43,568 bases of DNA, taken from IMG/VR virus record IMGVR_UViG_3300017648_000005, positions 1 through 43,568 of that record; one strand, given 5' to 3'. The position numbers were made by a program, and so were the translations under genes. The stretch comes from a virus. Its lineage: Duplodnaviria; Caudoviricetes. Below the pieces are notes generated by a model that saw only the letters and a program-made list of their open reading frames with translations, was not told the origin of the DNA and searched no databases. Positions 7,962 through 17,062 of the stretch are shown in pieces. The number at the start of each line of letters is the position of its first letter. Within the stretch, counting starts at the first letter, position 1.

Positions 7962-8192
7962 ATGAACCCAATCGAATTGATGGAACAAACAAGGAAACGC
8001 AAAGGAATCACAAAAACCCATATCGCTAGGCATTGCGGTCGTTCTGTATCGTGGTATGCCGACATAGCGAAAGGACGACGAAGAGTTTACCTTGATGACT
8101 TTATGATGATCGCAGATGCAATGGGCGAAAATGTAACAAATTTTTTTAGAAACCAATTAAGCGTAACGCGCAATACGAAAGAGTCCGCGTAA
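7962..8192 (+). CDS. Cro-like HTH regulator
   Basis: HTH; first gene of early operon; operator copy at 8158-8173. Confidence 0.85.
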   Translation: MNPIELMEQTRKRKGITKTHIARHCGRSVSWYADIAKGRRRVYLDDFMMIADAMGENVTNFFRNQLSVTRNTKESA

Positions 8193-8332
8193 AAGGAGTG
8201 ATTCAATGACTGAACATGAAATCATTAACCACTTATTGAAGCAATTTGACGAAGATGTGTCCATCAGCTTGATTGCTCAATACGCCGAAGAGGAATTCTT
8301 CATACCTTACAAAAGGGCGGTGAGAGTCATTT

Positions 8333-9232
8333 ATGACTCAGTTAAGCCAGAAGTTTGATTACGACATCGTAGATGAAAATACATCCAGATTCCTTAAAGA
8401 AAAAGAGTTGAACATGAGATCTATCGTTCAAGATGTTGCCCCGAAGCTTGGAAAAGAACTCAAAGAGGCACAGGACGAGTTGGCAAAGCATGGTTACGGA
8501 TGTTTTGAGCAATGGTACGAATCCTTAGGGTTTAAACGACAAACCGTATACAACTACATCAACTCTTATTCGTTCCTCCAACAGTTGGAGGAACAAGGAC
8601 AAGAAAATATAGCAAACACCATACCCGCAAATCTCATGTATGAAGTCGGGAAAAAGACGGCTAATCCAGAAGCTGTTCAAGCTGTAATCAGCGGCGAAGT
8701 AACTTCCTTGAAAGAGTATAAGGCATTGGAGAAGGCACTACAAGAAGCAGAGCAACGAGCTGCTGAAGCCGAGGTCGAAGCGAGACGTTGGAAAGATATT
8801 GCAAAGTCGGCTCAGAATCAGCCGCCGCAAGTCATAACCAACACCATAGAAAAAATACCCGACCACATCAAAAAAAAGATGGAAGAGGATGAAATCAAAC
8901 TACGCACCCTACGAGCTGGACTAGACGAAGCGACAAAGGAACTCCAACAATACAAGCTCCAAGACACAGTGGAATTTGACGAAGTGCAGAGTCAGATTCA
9001 AAAGAAAAAACTCCAACACGAAGCCGACATGGAAGCCTTACAACTAAGCATCGCTTACAAGCAATTCATCGAAAAGGCCGCAATTGGCACTTATCAACTT
9101 GGCGCATTAGCTATTGCTGAACCGGCAGAAAAACAAAGACTTCTCGAACGTGTCGAAATCGTTCAAAAAATCTTAAATGATACCAAATCAGCCCTACAGG
9201 GGCGCAAATTAGGAGGCGTTATCAATGAGTAA
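8333..9232 (+). CDS. Phage coiled-coil protein (DUF3102-like)
   Basis: G-F-W...GF...AYNYI N-terminal motif, coiled coil. Confidence 0.6.
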   Translation: MTQLSQKFDYDIVDENTSRFLKEKELNMRSIVQDVAPKLGKELKEAQDELAKHGYGCFEQWYESLGFKRQTVYNYINSYSFLQQLEEQGQENIANTIPANLMYEVGKKTANPEAVQAVISGEVTSLKEYKALEKALQEAEQRAAEAEVEARRWKDIAKSAQNQPPQVITNTIEKIPDHIKKKMEEDEIKLRTLRAGLDEATKELQQYKLQDTVEFDEVQSQIQKKKLQHEADMEALQLSIAYKQFIEKAAIGTYQLGALAIAEPAEKQRLLERVEIVQKILNDTKSALQGRKLGGVINE

Positions 9233-9674
9233 ATCCCTCAAAGCAGTATCCACAGAAAAGCAAGTATTCTCCATCATCGAACCGATCTTGAAGAAGCAGC
9301 TCGAACGTCAGGACGAACAAGGAAAGGCCATTCACCTGATGTTTGAAAGCATCAAATCCATGTACTCCGAATTCACGGAAGGCATGGGAGAAATGAAACA
9401 AATGGTACAAGAAGTCCGCGATTCCGTAACCCTCACCAACGCAGAGTGCACAATGATCCATTCCGATGTCGCCAAAAAATCCATCGAATTGGCGAAAGAT
9501 CGATTCGGCGAAGAAGAAGATGACTTCAGCAAAGTGGTTGGATTCTATCGTCGGTTGATCTGGAAACACCTCAAAGCAAAGTACAACGTCCCCAAATATA
9601 ACTGCATTCGTCATATCGATTTTGATGAAGCATGTGCATTTGTCCGTTCGTTCAAACCGGAACTTTACCTGTAA
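9225..9674 (+). CDS. ORF6C-like antirepressor-family protein
   Basis: C-terminal KAKYNVPKYNCIRHIDFDEA motif. Confidence 0.65.
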   Translation: MSKSLKAVSTEKQVFSIIEPILKKQLERQDEQGKAIHLMFESIKSMYSEFTEGMGEMKQMVQEVRDSVTLTNAECTMIHSDVAKKSIELAKDRFGEEEDDFSKVVGFYRRLIWKHLKAKYNVPKYNCIRHIDFDEACAFVRSFKPELYL

Positions 9675-9687
9675 GGAGCCTGATCCC

Positions 9688-9906
9688 ATGAAAAACAGGG
9701 TAGTCCCCTTCCCGAAAGTGCATACACCTATACAGGGTGATGCTATGGGAATCGTCATGGAGTACATGGATGGAGACGCATTAATCGTCGTCACTGATCG
9801 ATATTACGCCAATAAAACGCCGGAACAAGATCGGATTGACCGGGAACGTTTAGCCGAATCGATCTACGACCTGTTCGAAAGCACTATTGATGGGGAAGCT
9901 GTATAG
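9688..9906 (+). CDS. Hypothetical protein
   Basis: AGGAG RBS; operon context. Confidence 0.55.
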   Translation: MKNRVVPFPKVHTPIQGDAMGIVMEYMDGDALIVVTDRYYANKTPEQDRIDRERLAESIYDLFESTIDGEAV

Positions 9907-10131
9907 CCTTCCCATGCTGGACAAGCATCAATTTTCCATCTTATCACAATAAAGGAGGTATCGCCATGTTAGGCAAAGCGAGTGAGATATCGATAACAAA
10001 TGCCTTATGCAGGCCTGATGCTGTCAGAGAATGGCTAAAGGATCATCCGAACACCATCATCCTGAACATTACCACCACGGAAACCGATGGAGAAGATTAC
10101 TTTTACATCATTTACAGAGAGGGTGAATCCA

Positions 10132-10395
10132 ATGGCTAGCCCTGAACGAATAACGGAGCACCAAGTCGAAATCATTCCCTTCCCCATCGTCCAATGCGGC
10201 TGCGGCTGCGGAACAATCGACGTAAGAGAGCATGAATTTCTCTACTCCATGGCTAACGGCGAATTCTACGTTGACAAGTTCTGCATCATCTCTCATATGG
10301 CAGAGGAATCGAACGGTAAGGTGCTATGGATGGATCACTTATTGAGCGTTGAAGAATTCTTATTTCAAGTAATGGAGGTTGTTGTACATGACTGA
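10132..10395 (+). CDS. Hypothetical Cys-containing protein
   Basis: RBS; CGCGCG motif. Confidence 0.6.
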   Translation: MASPERITEHQVEIIPFPIVQCGCGCGTIDVREHEFLYSMANGEFYVDKFCIISHMAEESNGKVLWMDHLLSVEEFLFQVMEVVVHD

Positions 10396-10591
10396 ATTAA
10401 TCCAATACCTACGCCAACAAGCCTATGCCGCAAATCTCATAGCAGACGCGCTAGAAGCCGGAGAGAGCATTGAAGACCTGAAATGGATGTCCGACCTCAA
10501 TGTGGAGTGGGAAATGGAAATAGCGAGGATTCACGGACAACTGGAACTGAACCATGAGCTACGGGAAGCAATCGAGCGTGAAGCATCATGA
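10388..10591 (+). CDS. Hypothetical protein
   Basis: GGAGG RBS; overlaps neighbour. Confidence 0.6.
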   Translation: MTELIQYLRQQAYAANLIADALEAGESIEDLKWMSDLNVEWEMEIARIHGQLELNHELREAIEREAS

Positions 10592-10856
10592 ATTGGATCA
10601 AACGATTCAACGCATGGCGTATACGGAAGATGAAAGAAGGCTTGGACGCAAGGAAGATTGAGAGGATGCAAAGGAGAGGACACTGAATGAACTTTCATGA
10701 TCTTATCTTAGCTATTGAAGACATGCTGAAAGCTCACGGGGCTACCAAAGACGACATCATTTACATTCAGCATCCGGATGGAAGTTGTCACAAGGTAGAT
10801 GGATTTTTCCGGGGTGAAGATGGTCGTATTTATATCAAGTGAAAGGAGTGCTCTAT

Positions 10857-11045
10857 ATGTTCCGTATTAAGAATCCTAACTATATCCCGCCAAACAATGA
10901 TCCGTTTTATCCTGACGCCTACCATATCGCGGATCATACGCTGGATTGTACATGTGATGAAAACGAAGAAGAGTGCAGGTATCACATGTACGACGAATCT
11001 TGCCCGTACTGCAAAAGACCAGATCAATTATGCAAATGCCCATGA
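10857..11045 (+). CDS. Small Cys-rich hypothetical protein
   Basis: AAGGAGTG RBS; 6 Cys. Confidence 0.55.
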   Translation: MFRIKNPNYIPPNNDPFYPDAYHIADHTLDCTCDENEEECRYHMYDESCPYCKRPDQLCKCP

Positions 11046-11052
11046 AAGGAGA

Positions 11053-11415
11053 ATGGTCGTGCCGAATGAACGAGGATTTTACACGAAAGAAGAAGTTCTT
11101 GCAACCGGATTACCTTACTACATTCCTGCATCAAAGCGTTGGACATCAACACCTTATGAATTCGCAGTACTGCTCTCAAAAACACGCTGCAAAGAATTCA
11201 GAATGCCGGTTATGGGGAATGGAGTAATCAAAGAGGACGGCAGCGGAGAATACCCATCAGCATTTCGATATGCCGCTGCTGCTGGTACGGGTACAGATGA
11301 TAAAACACATAGATATATCCCCTTATATGACCGTACCGATGTCTGGAAATCAGGCGAAATAAGCCTGGATAAGCTGTATGAACACGAGATTATGAGAAAG
11401 GAGGACAAGACATGA
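11053..11415 (+). CDS. Hypothetical protein
   Basis: AAGGAG RBS. Confidence 0.65.
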   Translation: MVVPNERGFYTKEEVLATGLPYYIPASKRWTSTPYEFAVLLSKTRCKEFRMPVMGNGVIKEDGSGEYPSAFRYAAAAGTGTDDKTHRYIPLYDRTDVWKSGEISLDKLYEHEIMRKEDKT

Positions 11416-11606
11416 AACCCATCTCATACCTTGAAATCGCCCAGTATGCCCTTGAAACCGGGAACTATCGGCTATTCATCACAGCCGTGAGAAATCGTCG
11501 TAGGGTCTTGAAAAAGCAAATGAAGAAGGCCACGGCTGCAACCGTGACCCAAGGAAGTACCCCTTCAAAAGATACTTTGACTTCATATTACCAAAACGGA
11601 GCGTGA
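11412..11606 (+). CDS. Hypothetical protein
   Basis: ATGA coupling; RBS. Confidence 0.55.
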   Translation: MKPISYLEIAQYALETGNYRLFITAVRNRRRVLKKQMKKATAATVTQGSTPSKDTLTSYYQNGA

Positions 11607-11612
11607 ATGTGA

Positions 11613-12263
11613 ATGAACCTATATCAAAAACTCATCGAGGTTCGAAAAGAGGTTCCGTATTTGCAAAAGGACTCTCAAATGACACAAGGACAAAGCTATA
11701 AATACAACAGCAGCAGTCAAGTTATCGGCGCGGTGCGTAAGATGTTGGACGAATTGAACATTCTCCTTATCACCAAAATCATGGACAAGCGTGTACACAT
11801 GGACACTGTTGAATATATGGACGAGAAGCAGAAGCGCCCCAAACGAACAACAACATTTTTCACCGAGCTTGATCTTATGATGATTTGGGTTAATGGTGAC
11901 GATCCGAGCGAACAAATTGAAATCCCGTGGTACGGACAAGGCATTGACACCGCCGGGGAAAAGGGAGTCGGTAAAGCACTCACGTATGCGGAAAAAACAT
12001 TCCTGCTGAAAGAATTCAATATCGCAACGGATCAAATGGATGTTGATGCATTCCAGGATAAAGTTGAACGGACAACTGGGAAAGTCCTCGCATCAAATAC
12101 AATCGCACTTCTGAAATCCGAATGGATCGGCGCAGGCTATCAAGCAAACAAACTCAATCAGCGTGTGAAGGAATTGTATCAATGCAATGTCACTGAACTG
12201 ACAGAAGAACAAGCGGCTGAACTCCTTGGGAAAATCAAAGAGAAGAAAGGGAAGGCCTCATGA
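11613..12263 (+). CDS. ERF-family single-strand annealing protein
   Basis: GQGID...EKGVGKALTYAEKTFLLKEFNIAT motif. Confidence 0.85.
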   Translation: MNLYQKLIEVRKEVPYLQKDSQMTQGQSYKYNSSSQVIGAVRKMLDELNILLITKIMDKRVHMDTVEYMDEKQKRPKRTTTFFTELDLMMIWVNGDDPSEQIEIPWYGQGIDTAGEKGVGKALTYAEKTFLLKEFNIATDQMDVDAFQDKVERTTGKVLASNTIALLKSEWIGAGYQANKLNQRVKELYQCNVTELTEEQAAELLGKIKEKKGKAS

Positions 12264-13048
12264 AACTGACCCCGGAAAATTACTACAGTCCAGAAGCGAA
12301 TCGATATTACATGTCCGTGAGTCAGTTCAAAGATTTTCTGCAATGCGAAGCCGCAGCATTGGCAAAGTTGAACGGATGGGACGATGAAAAGAAAGATGCT
12401 TATGTATTCGGCTCATATGTTCACGCCGCAATTGAAGGGACGCTGGATCAGTTCAAGATTGATAATCCTGACATATTCAAAAAAGATGGCGACCTCAAAG
12501 CAGAATACAAAATTGCTGACAAAATGGTCAAGGCGATAATGGAAGACGAACTTTGCCGCAAAATGCTTGAAGGGGAAAAGGAAGTCATCGTGACTACGGA
12601 CTTGTTCGGAATCCCGTGGAAAGCCAAGTTAGACGTTGTATTTGTAGAAGAAGGACGATTAACCGATGTCAAAACATGCAGGTCGATTCGTGAACGCATC
12701 TGGATAGACGAAGAAAGAAGGTACGGTTCTTTTGTGGAAGCCTATAAATACCCACTACAGCTTGCGGTTTACGCGGAAATAGAAAGACTCCACAACAAAC
12801 GATTCGAAGCATTAGAACCGTTTATCGTGGCTGTCAGTAAGGAAGATGAACCTGATAAAGAAGTTATCTGTTTCGATGAATCGACATTGGCAAATGAACT
12901 CATGAAAGTTCAGCAGAAATTGCCGCGAATTGTTGCAGTAAAAGAAGGCATCGAGGAACCGACGCGCTGCGGATCATGCAGATATTGCAGGCAGACAAAG
13001 AAGGCCGGAATTGTCCATTATCTTGATCTATTGGAGGTCTCACAATGA
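12260..13048 (+). CDS. PD-(D/E)XK exonuclease (DUF3799/RecE-like)
   Basis: MSVSQFK, KAKLD, DVKT, YPLQLAVY, C-terminal CGSCRYC. Confidence 0.85.
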   Translation: MKLTPENYYSPEANRYYMSVSQFKDFLQCEAAALAKLNGWDDEKKDAYVFGSYVHAAIEGTLDQFKIDNPDIFKKDGDLKAEYKIADKMVKAIMEDELCRKMLEGEKEVIVTTDLFGIPWKAKLDVVFVEEGRLTDVKTCRSIRERIWIDEERRYGSFVEAYKYPLQLAVYAEIERLHNKRFEALEPFIVAVSKEDEPDKEVICFDESTLANELMKVQQKLPRIVAVKEGIEEPTRCGSCRYCRQTKKAGIVHYLDLLEVSQ

Positions 13049-13452
13049 TTAACCGAATCATCTTAATCGGACGCCTTACCCGCGATCCGGAACTAAGATA
13101 TACCCCGAACGGAAAGGCAACATGCACCTTTACACTTGCGGTTGAACGACCATTCTCCAACCAAAACGGAGAGAAGGAAGCCGACTTCATCCAAATCGTC
13201 ACATGGCGACAATTGGCTGAAACCTGCGCTAACTACACACGAAAGGGCCGTATGGTTGCCATCGAAGGACGAATTCAAGTACGACACTATACGCCGAGCG
13301 ATTCCGACCGTCGCGTTTATATCACCGAAGTTGTCGCAGACAACGTGCGATTCCTGGATCGTGGAGAGTCTACGAGAACGCAAGAAGCGCCCGATAACGC
13401 ACCGGCAGAAGGAAGTCCTGTTGATATAACTGACGATGATTTGCCGTTCTAG
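13045..13452 (+). CDS. ssb: Single-stranded DNA-binding protein
   Basis: MINRIILIGRLTRDPELRYT...DDDLPF. Confidence 0.97.
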   Translation: MINRIILIGRLTRDPELRYTPNGKATCTFTLAVERPFSNQNGEKEADFIQIVTWRQLAETCANYTRKGRMVAIEGRIQVRHYTPSDSDRRVYITEVVADNVRFLDRGESTRTQEAPDNAPAEGSPVDITDDDLPF

Positions 13453-13463
13453 GAGGTTCACCC

Positions 13464-13781
13464 ATGCTACCCTTTAACCCTTACCCAAAAAGCGTGCAAC
13501 TCTACAATAACCGTCAGAAGCTCACACGTCGTCAGAGAAGCGAACTAACACCTAAAGAAGATAAGAGACTCAAGGATCGATCAGGCGGCATATGCGAGAA
13601 ATGTAAGCGTCTGAGGGCAGTAGAACGGGCACATATCGAAAGGCGATGGAAGTCGGAACGAAGACCAACAGCAGAGGATTTCGTCCACTTATGCAAAGGG
13701 TGTCATATATATTGTGACGGATCGGCAGAAGGTAGGAAATGGTTATGGGAATTTCAATCTAGTTTGGTAGGGAGAGTATAA
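13464..13781 (+). CDS. HNH-like endonuclease
   Basis: CEKC...AHI...LCKGCH. Confidence 0.75.
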   Translation: MLPFNPYPKSVQLYNNRQKLTRRQRSELTPKEDKRLKDRSGGICEKCKRLRAVERAHIERRWKSERRPTAEDFVHLCKGCHIYCDGSAEGRKWLWEFQSSLVGRV

Positions 13782-13808
13782 AGACTCTCCCCCAAGCCCC
13801 TAACTCTA

Positions 13809-13845
13809 CGGCTACCGCTACGCTAAGCGGATTCGGCCGAATCGA
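13809..13845 (-). repeat. Family-A cassette-boundary repeat, copy 1 (inverted)
   Basis: Reverse complement is 34/37 identical to 20489-20525. Confidence 0.9.
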
Positions 13846-13873
13846 TGGCGGCAAAGCCGCAAAAGACGAAGGA

Positions 13874-14194
13874 GTGAGCATGATGCCAATAGTTAAAAAC
13901 GAGAATACCACGCAGTTAGAATTCGGTCACGGCGATATAGAAGTTGCCCCTGCACTCTTACAAAACGACGAGGTGATTGGTGCCGTGTGTTTCTTCCGGC
14001 GCAAGCACGCAAACCCGATTGGAGAGCGCGGTGACTTTGAGCCTAATATGGTCGTGGAGATGGAACATACACCTGTCCGCATGACTTTCGAAAAGATTGA
14101 ATCGATTGATGTGATTATAGACGCATTGGAGAAAACGCGGCGCATGATGGTAGAACGCATGACCAAAGGCTTCGAGACGACCGAATCCACCTAG
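13874..14194 (+). CDS. Hypothetical protein flanked by inverted family-A repeats
   Basis: AAGGAG RBS; stop codon lies inside copy 2. Confidence 0.75.
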   Translation: MSMMPIVKNENTTQLEFGHGDIEVAPALLQNDEVIGAVCFFRRKHANPIGERGDFEPNMVVEMEHTPVRMTFEKIESIDVIIDALEKTRRMMVERMTKGFETTEST

Positions 14195-14210
14195 CCGAAG
14201 GCGGGGGCCG
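14172..14210 (+). repeat. Family-A repeat, copy 2
   Basis: TCGAGACGACCGAATCC...GGGGGCCG. Confidence 0.8.
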
Positions 14211-14269
14211 TATAAGGGGACTCTACCCTAATAGTCAGTAGATCCATATTGCGAAGGAGGCATTTTGAA

Positions 14270-14443
14270 ATGGATTATAGCGAAATTGCTGAACGGTTAG
14301 AAGAAATAGCTGACGTATCTGACATGAATGATCTATTCCATCCTCAACAATACCACAGAAAGGGATTAGCTCGAATTGATACGGAAAGCGCCCAAGCCCT
14401 CCGGGAAGCCGCAAAAATTTTGAGAGAAAACAATGGGGGTTGA
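14270..14443 (+). CDS. Hypothetical protein
   Basis: AAGGAGG RBS. Confidence 0.6.
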   Translation: MDYSEIAERLEEIADVSDMNDLFHPQQYHRKGLARIDTESAQALREAAKILRENNGG

Positions 14444-14445
14444 GG

Positions 14446-14658
14446 ATGAAAAAAGGCATATTCACAGAATGCGGATGGGTTGCAGAAGTGAAGATTTTGG
14501 AAGATAAATCGGATCACGAGTGGGAGCGATATGCCCTAGAAGTGGTGCAAACAAAGCAAGAAAGCCCTATGTTCAAAACACCAAAAAATGGTCATACATT
14601 CGAAGTTTCCGCGCAAAGGAAGTATAGGGCATATGTAGACTGGAGTATAACGGTTTAA
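14446..14658 (+). CDS. Hypothetical protein
   Basis: Operon context. Confidence 0.65.
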   Translation: MKKGIFTECGWVAEVKILEDKSDHEWERYALEVVQTKQESPMFKTPKNGHTFEVSAQRKYRAYVDWSITV

Positions 14659-14707
14659 TGCGCAGTACGAACATTATACGACGAACTCAGGGGTACATAC
14701 TCCCCTA
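14657..14707 (+). repeat. Family-B dif-like direct repeat, copy 1
   Basis: AATGCGCAGTA-CGAACA-TTATACGACGA then ACTCAGGGG..TACTCCCCTA. Confidence 0.85.
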
Positions 14708-14738
14708 ACCCTATACAGCAAAGGAAGGAGAGATTGAG

Positions 14739-15068
14739 TTGTTACAAGAAATCAGGGACTCTTTCATGTGGGGAAAGGTAAATTTGGATCGAGGATTAGA
14801 CAACCTTGATGACGAGCAGATTGAATGGCTTATCAAACAGGCTGAAAAAGTTGCTTTGCTTGAATCCAGTTTGAAGGTTTACAAGGAAGAGTCAGATATG
14901 TACGAAAGATCGACGCACATTGAGGATTTCATGTACGAGATAAACGTGAATGAAAAAGGCGAGATCCCATGTCTTATAAAGGCAAATGGAGTTGAACATT
15001 CATTCGGAATCACCAAAAAGGATGCACTGAGTTTTGTTCATCTATTTCGAATGCATGAAATGGATTAG
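14739..15068 (+). CDS. Hypothetical protein between family-B repeats
   Basis: AAGGAG RBS; TTG start. Confidence 0.7.
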   Translation: MLQEIRDSFMWGKVNLDRGLDNLDDEQIEWLIKQAEKVALLESSLKVYKEESDMYERSTHIEDFMYEINVNEKGEIPCLIKANGVEHSFGITKKDALSFVHLFRMHEMD

Positions 15069-15070
15069 AT

Positions 15071-15118
15071 GTTGCACAGTTCGAACATTTTGCGACGAAC
15101 TCAGGGGGTACTCCCCTA
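15071..15118 (+). repeat. Family-B dif-like direct repeat, copy 2
   Basis: GTTGCACAGTT-CGAACA-TTTTGCGACGA then ACTCAGGGGGTACTCCCCTA. Confidence 0.85.
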
Positions 15119-15138
15119 TAAGGAGGGAACAAAGGGAA

Positions 15139-15453
15139 ATGGAACTCGGTGACAAAGTCACATTCGACCGATATGTGAAGCGTAACAACGCAAGTGTTGT
15201 CTTGAGTGACGATGATATTGAACTTCCATATGAACTAATCCGCATTGATGAAATATCGCTGCCCGAACCGATAACAGGCATCATCTGTGGCAAGCGCAGG
15301 GTCGTAAAATCTACTACGTTCTCATTCGGTGATTTTTATAGCGACGGATACCATCAGGAAAGCAAGGAGATTCAAGTATATCTTGTAGCCACTCGCATGG
15401 ACGGATTCTATCGCGTACCGGTGGAGTGGGTGAAGGAGGGAACAAAGGGATGA
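15139..15453 (+). CDS. Hypothetical protein
   Basis: RBS; operon context. Confidence 0.65.
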   Translation: MELGDKVTFDRYVKRNNASVVLSDDDIELPYELIRIDEISLPEPITGIICGKRRVVKSTTFSFGDFYSDGYHQESKEIQVYLVATRMDGFYRVPVEWVKEGTKG

Positions 15454-15881
15454 GCAATAACTTGATCTGCCGAGAATGCGGAATGACCATTAAACCGAAA
15501 GAGTTTCACCCCTACGAATTCTGCATCTTGTGGAAGAATGGACAGGATCCAAGGGAGTTGTATCAGCGGATTATACAACGCCAATCGTCCGATAAGCAGG
15601 AGGAAATCCAGCGTCTGCGGGCGGCATTGGAGGAAATCAAGAGTTTCCCTTATCTGCATCCGAACGATGATACGCGCACAATTCAGAGGATTGCCGACGA
15701 AGCCCTCACACAACCGGCAACGCATCAGATGGAAATAGAAAACATCAAACAACTTCTACAAGCTTGGAATTTCCGCAGTATAGCAGAACAGTTGGAAAGC
15801 TATGAACAGGGGGTTGTTGTTGAGTTAGTGGAGTTGTGTGAAAAGCTGGTTGGCGTGCGGGAAGGAGAAGAGAACGAATGA
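15450..15881 (+). CDS. Hypothetical protein
   Basis: ATGA coupling; CREC...HPYEFC. Confidence 0.65.
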   Translation: MSNNLICRECGMTIKPKEFHPYEFCILWKNGQDPRELYQRIIQRQSSDKQEEIQRLRAALEEIKSFPYLHPNDDTRTIQRIADEALTQPATHQMEIENIKQLLQAWNFRSIAEQLESYEQGVVVELVELCEKLVGVREGEENE

Positions 15882-16177
15882 TTAAATTGACTGGGACAAG
15901 CGGAACTGTAGTTTATATCAATCCGGATAAGATTATTGCCTTCAATGAGGATGACGGTAAAACGTTCATCGAGTATGGTAACGACCGTTATATTGTCACA
16001 GAACCAGCTGCCGAAGTCGCTCGTAAGGTGTTGGAGTATCGGTTGGCTGTGGAACGATATAAAGCCGCATATGCAGAAGAAGTTGTCCGTTATGAGAACC
16101 GCTCATTTATAACCGATGAAGTCAACTACGCAAAACGGGAACTAAAGGAACTTGCCGGATTGGAGGATCAAGCATGA
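15878..16177 (+). CDS. FlbD-like small protein
   Basis: MIKLT...YINPDKI...YIVTE pattern of the FlbD family. Confidence 0.6.
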   Translation: MIKLTGTSGTVVYINPDKIIAFNEDDGKTFIEYGNDRYIVTEPAAEVARKVLEYRLAVERYKAAYAEEVVRYENRSFITDEVNYAKRELKELAGLEDQA

Positions 16178-16262
16178 CCCATGAAAGTGATTGGGGAATG
16201 AAACTCTATGATCGCATCTACTATCTACCTATGGCGATAAGGTTTTGGATCAAAGCCTTATT

Positions 16263-16299
16263 CGGCCCCCGCTGACGCTGGGTAATTCGGTCGATTCGA
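16263..16299 (-). repeat. Family-A repeat, copy 3 (inverted)
   Basis: Reverse complement TCGAATCGACCGAAT...GGGGGCCG. Confidence 0.8.
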
Positions 16300-16319
16300 A
16301 GCAAAAACTAAAGGAGCGA

Positions 16320-16838
16320 ATGAAGATGATTCAATGTTTCAAAATGAAAAAAGGTACCGAGTACGCAAAAGCAGTGGAACAATACTTCGAACTTCGTCCC
16401 AAATGGAAAGGTGTCTTTCAACGTTTGAATGATTATCTCGGAGAGAATATCAAATCTATGCGACTTGATCCAGCAATATTAGAGATCGAAACTAATGATC
16501 TTACGAAAGAAGAAAACAAAAAACTCTTCACCAAAGACGGGCGATTGAAGAAAAACAGTAATGAAGCGAAGGAGCTTGGAAAAATATATAAATCCATCAT
16601 AAGTGACTTAGGATTGTCTATTTTCAAAAGCCTCTCCTATATCAATTTCTGTTACGGGGTTATGAGAATGAGCGGGGAAGAATTGGAGAGTTATACAGAT
16701 GATGACGGAGTCATTTATTTCAAAGCCGACTTTGACTTGGTAAAACGTTCGGGGAATGCAGTAGAGCCGATTACAGAAATTGAATATCAGGAACACTATT
16801 TGGAACTTATCAAAAACAAATCGGCAATAAGGGGTTAA
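16320..16838 (+). CDS. Hypothetical protein
   Basis: AAGGAG RBS just after family-A copy 3. Confidence 0.75.
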   Translation: MKMIQCFKMKKGTEYAKAVEQYFELRPKWKGVFQRLNDYLGENIKSMRLDPAILEIETNDLTKEENKKLFTKDGRLKKNSNEAKELGKIYKSIISDLGLSIFKSLSYINFCYGVMRMSGEELESYTDDDGVIYFKADFDLVKRSGNAVEPITEIEYQEHYLELIKNKSAIRG

Positions 16839-17062
16839 TACTTCTTATGGAGCAAATGACCATTGACGATATCCCGACAAAGCGATTCCCGAATCAGCGA
16901 GATGTGGGCTTTAAGTTCAAAATCAATGGCAATCCCATGGAAATCATCATTTCCAATGCATCTATGATGGTTATTTATGACATACGGAAAGAAAAGATTC
17001 ACCCACTTCGATTCGTAGAATAACGGGGCATATCCTGCCCCTTCAGGTAAAGGAGGGTAGAT

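Noticed and set aside
5659-8192. Arbitrium (aimR/aimP) system
   Set aside because: No TPR receptor-sized gene or secreted pro-peptide
16890-16905. Additional family-A copy (CCGAATCAGC)
   Set aside because: Only ~10 nt match copy 6; no GCCG end or fold
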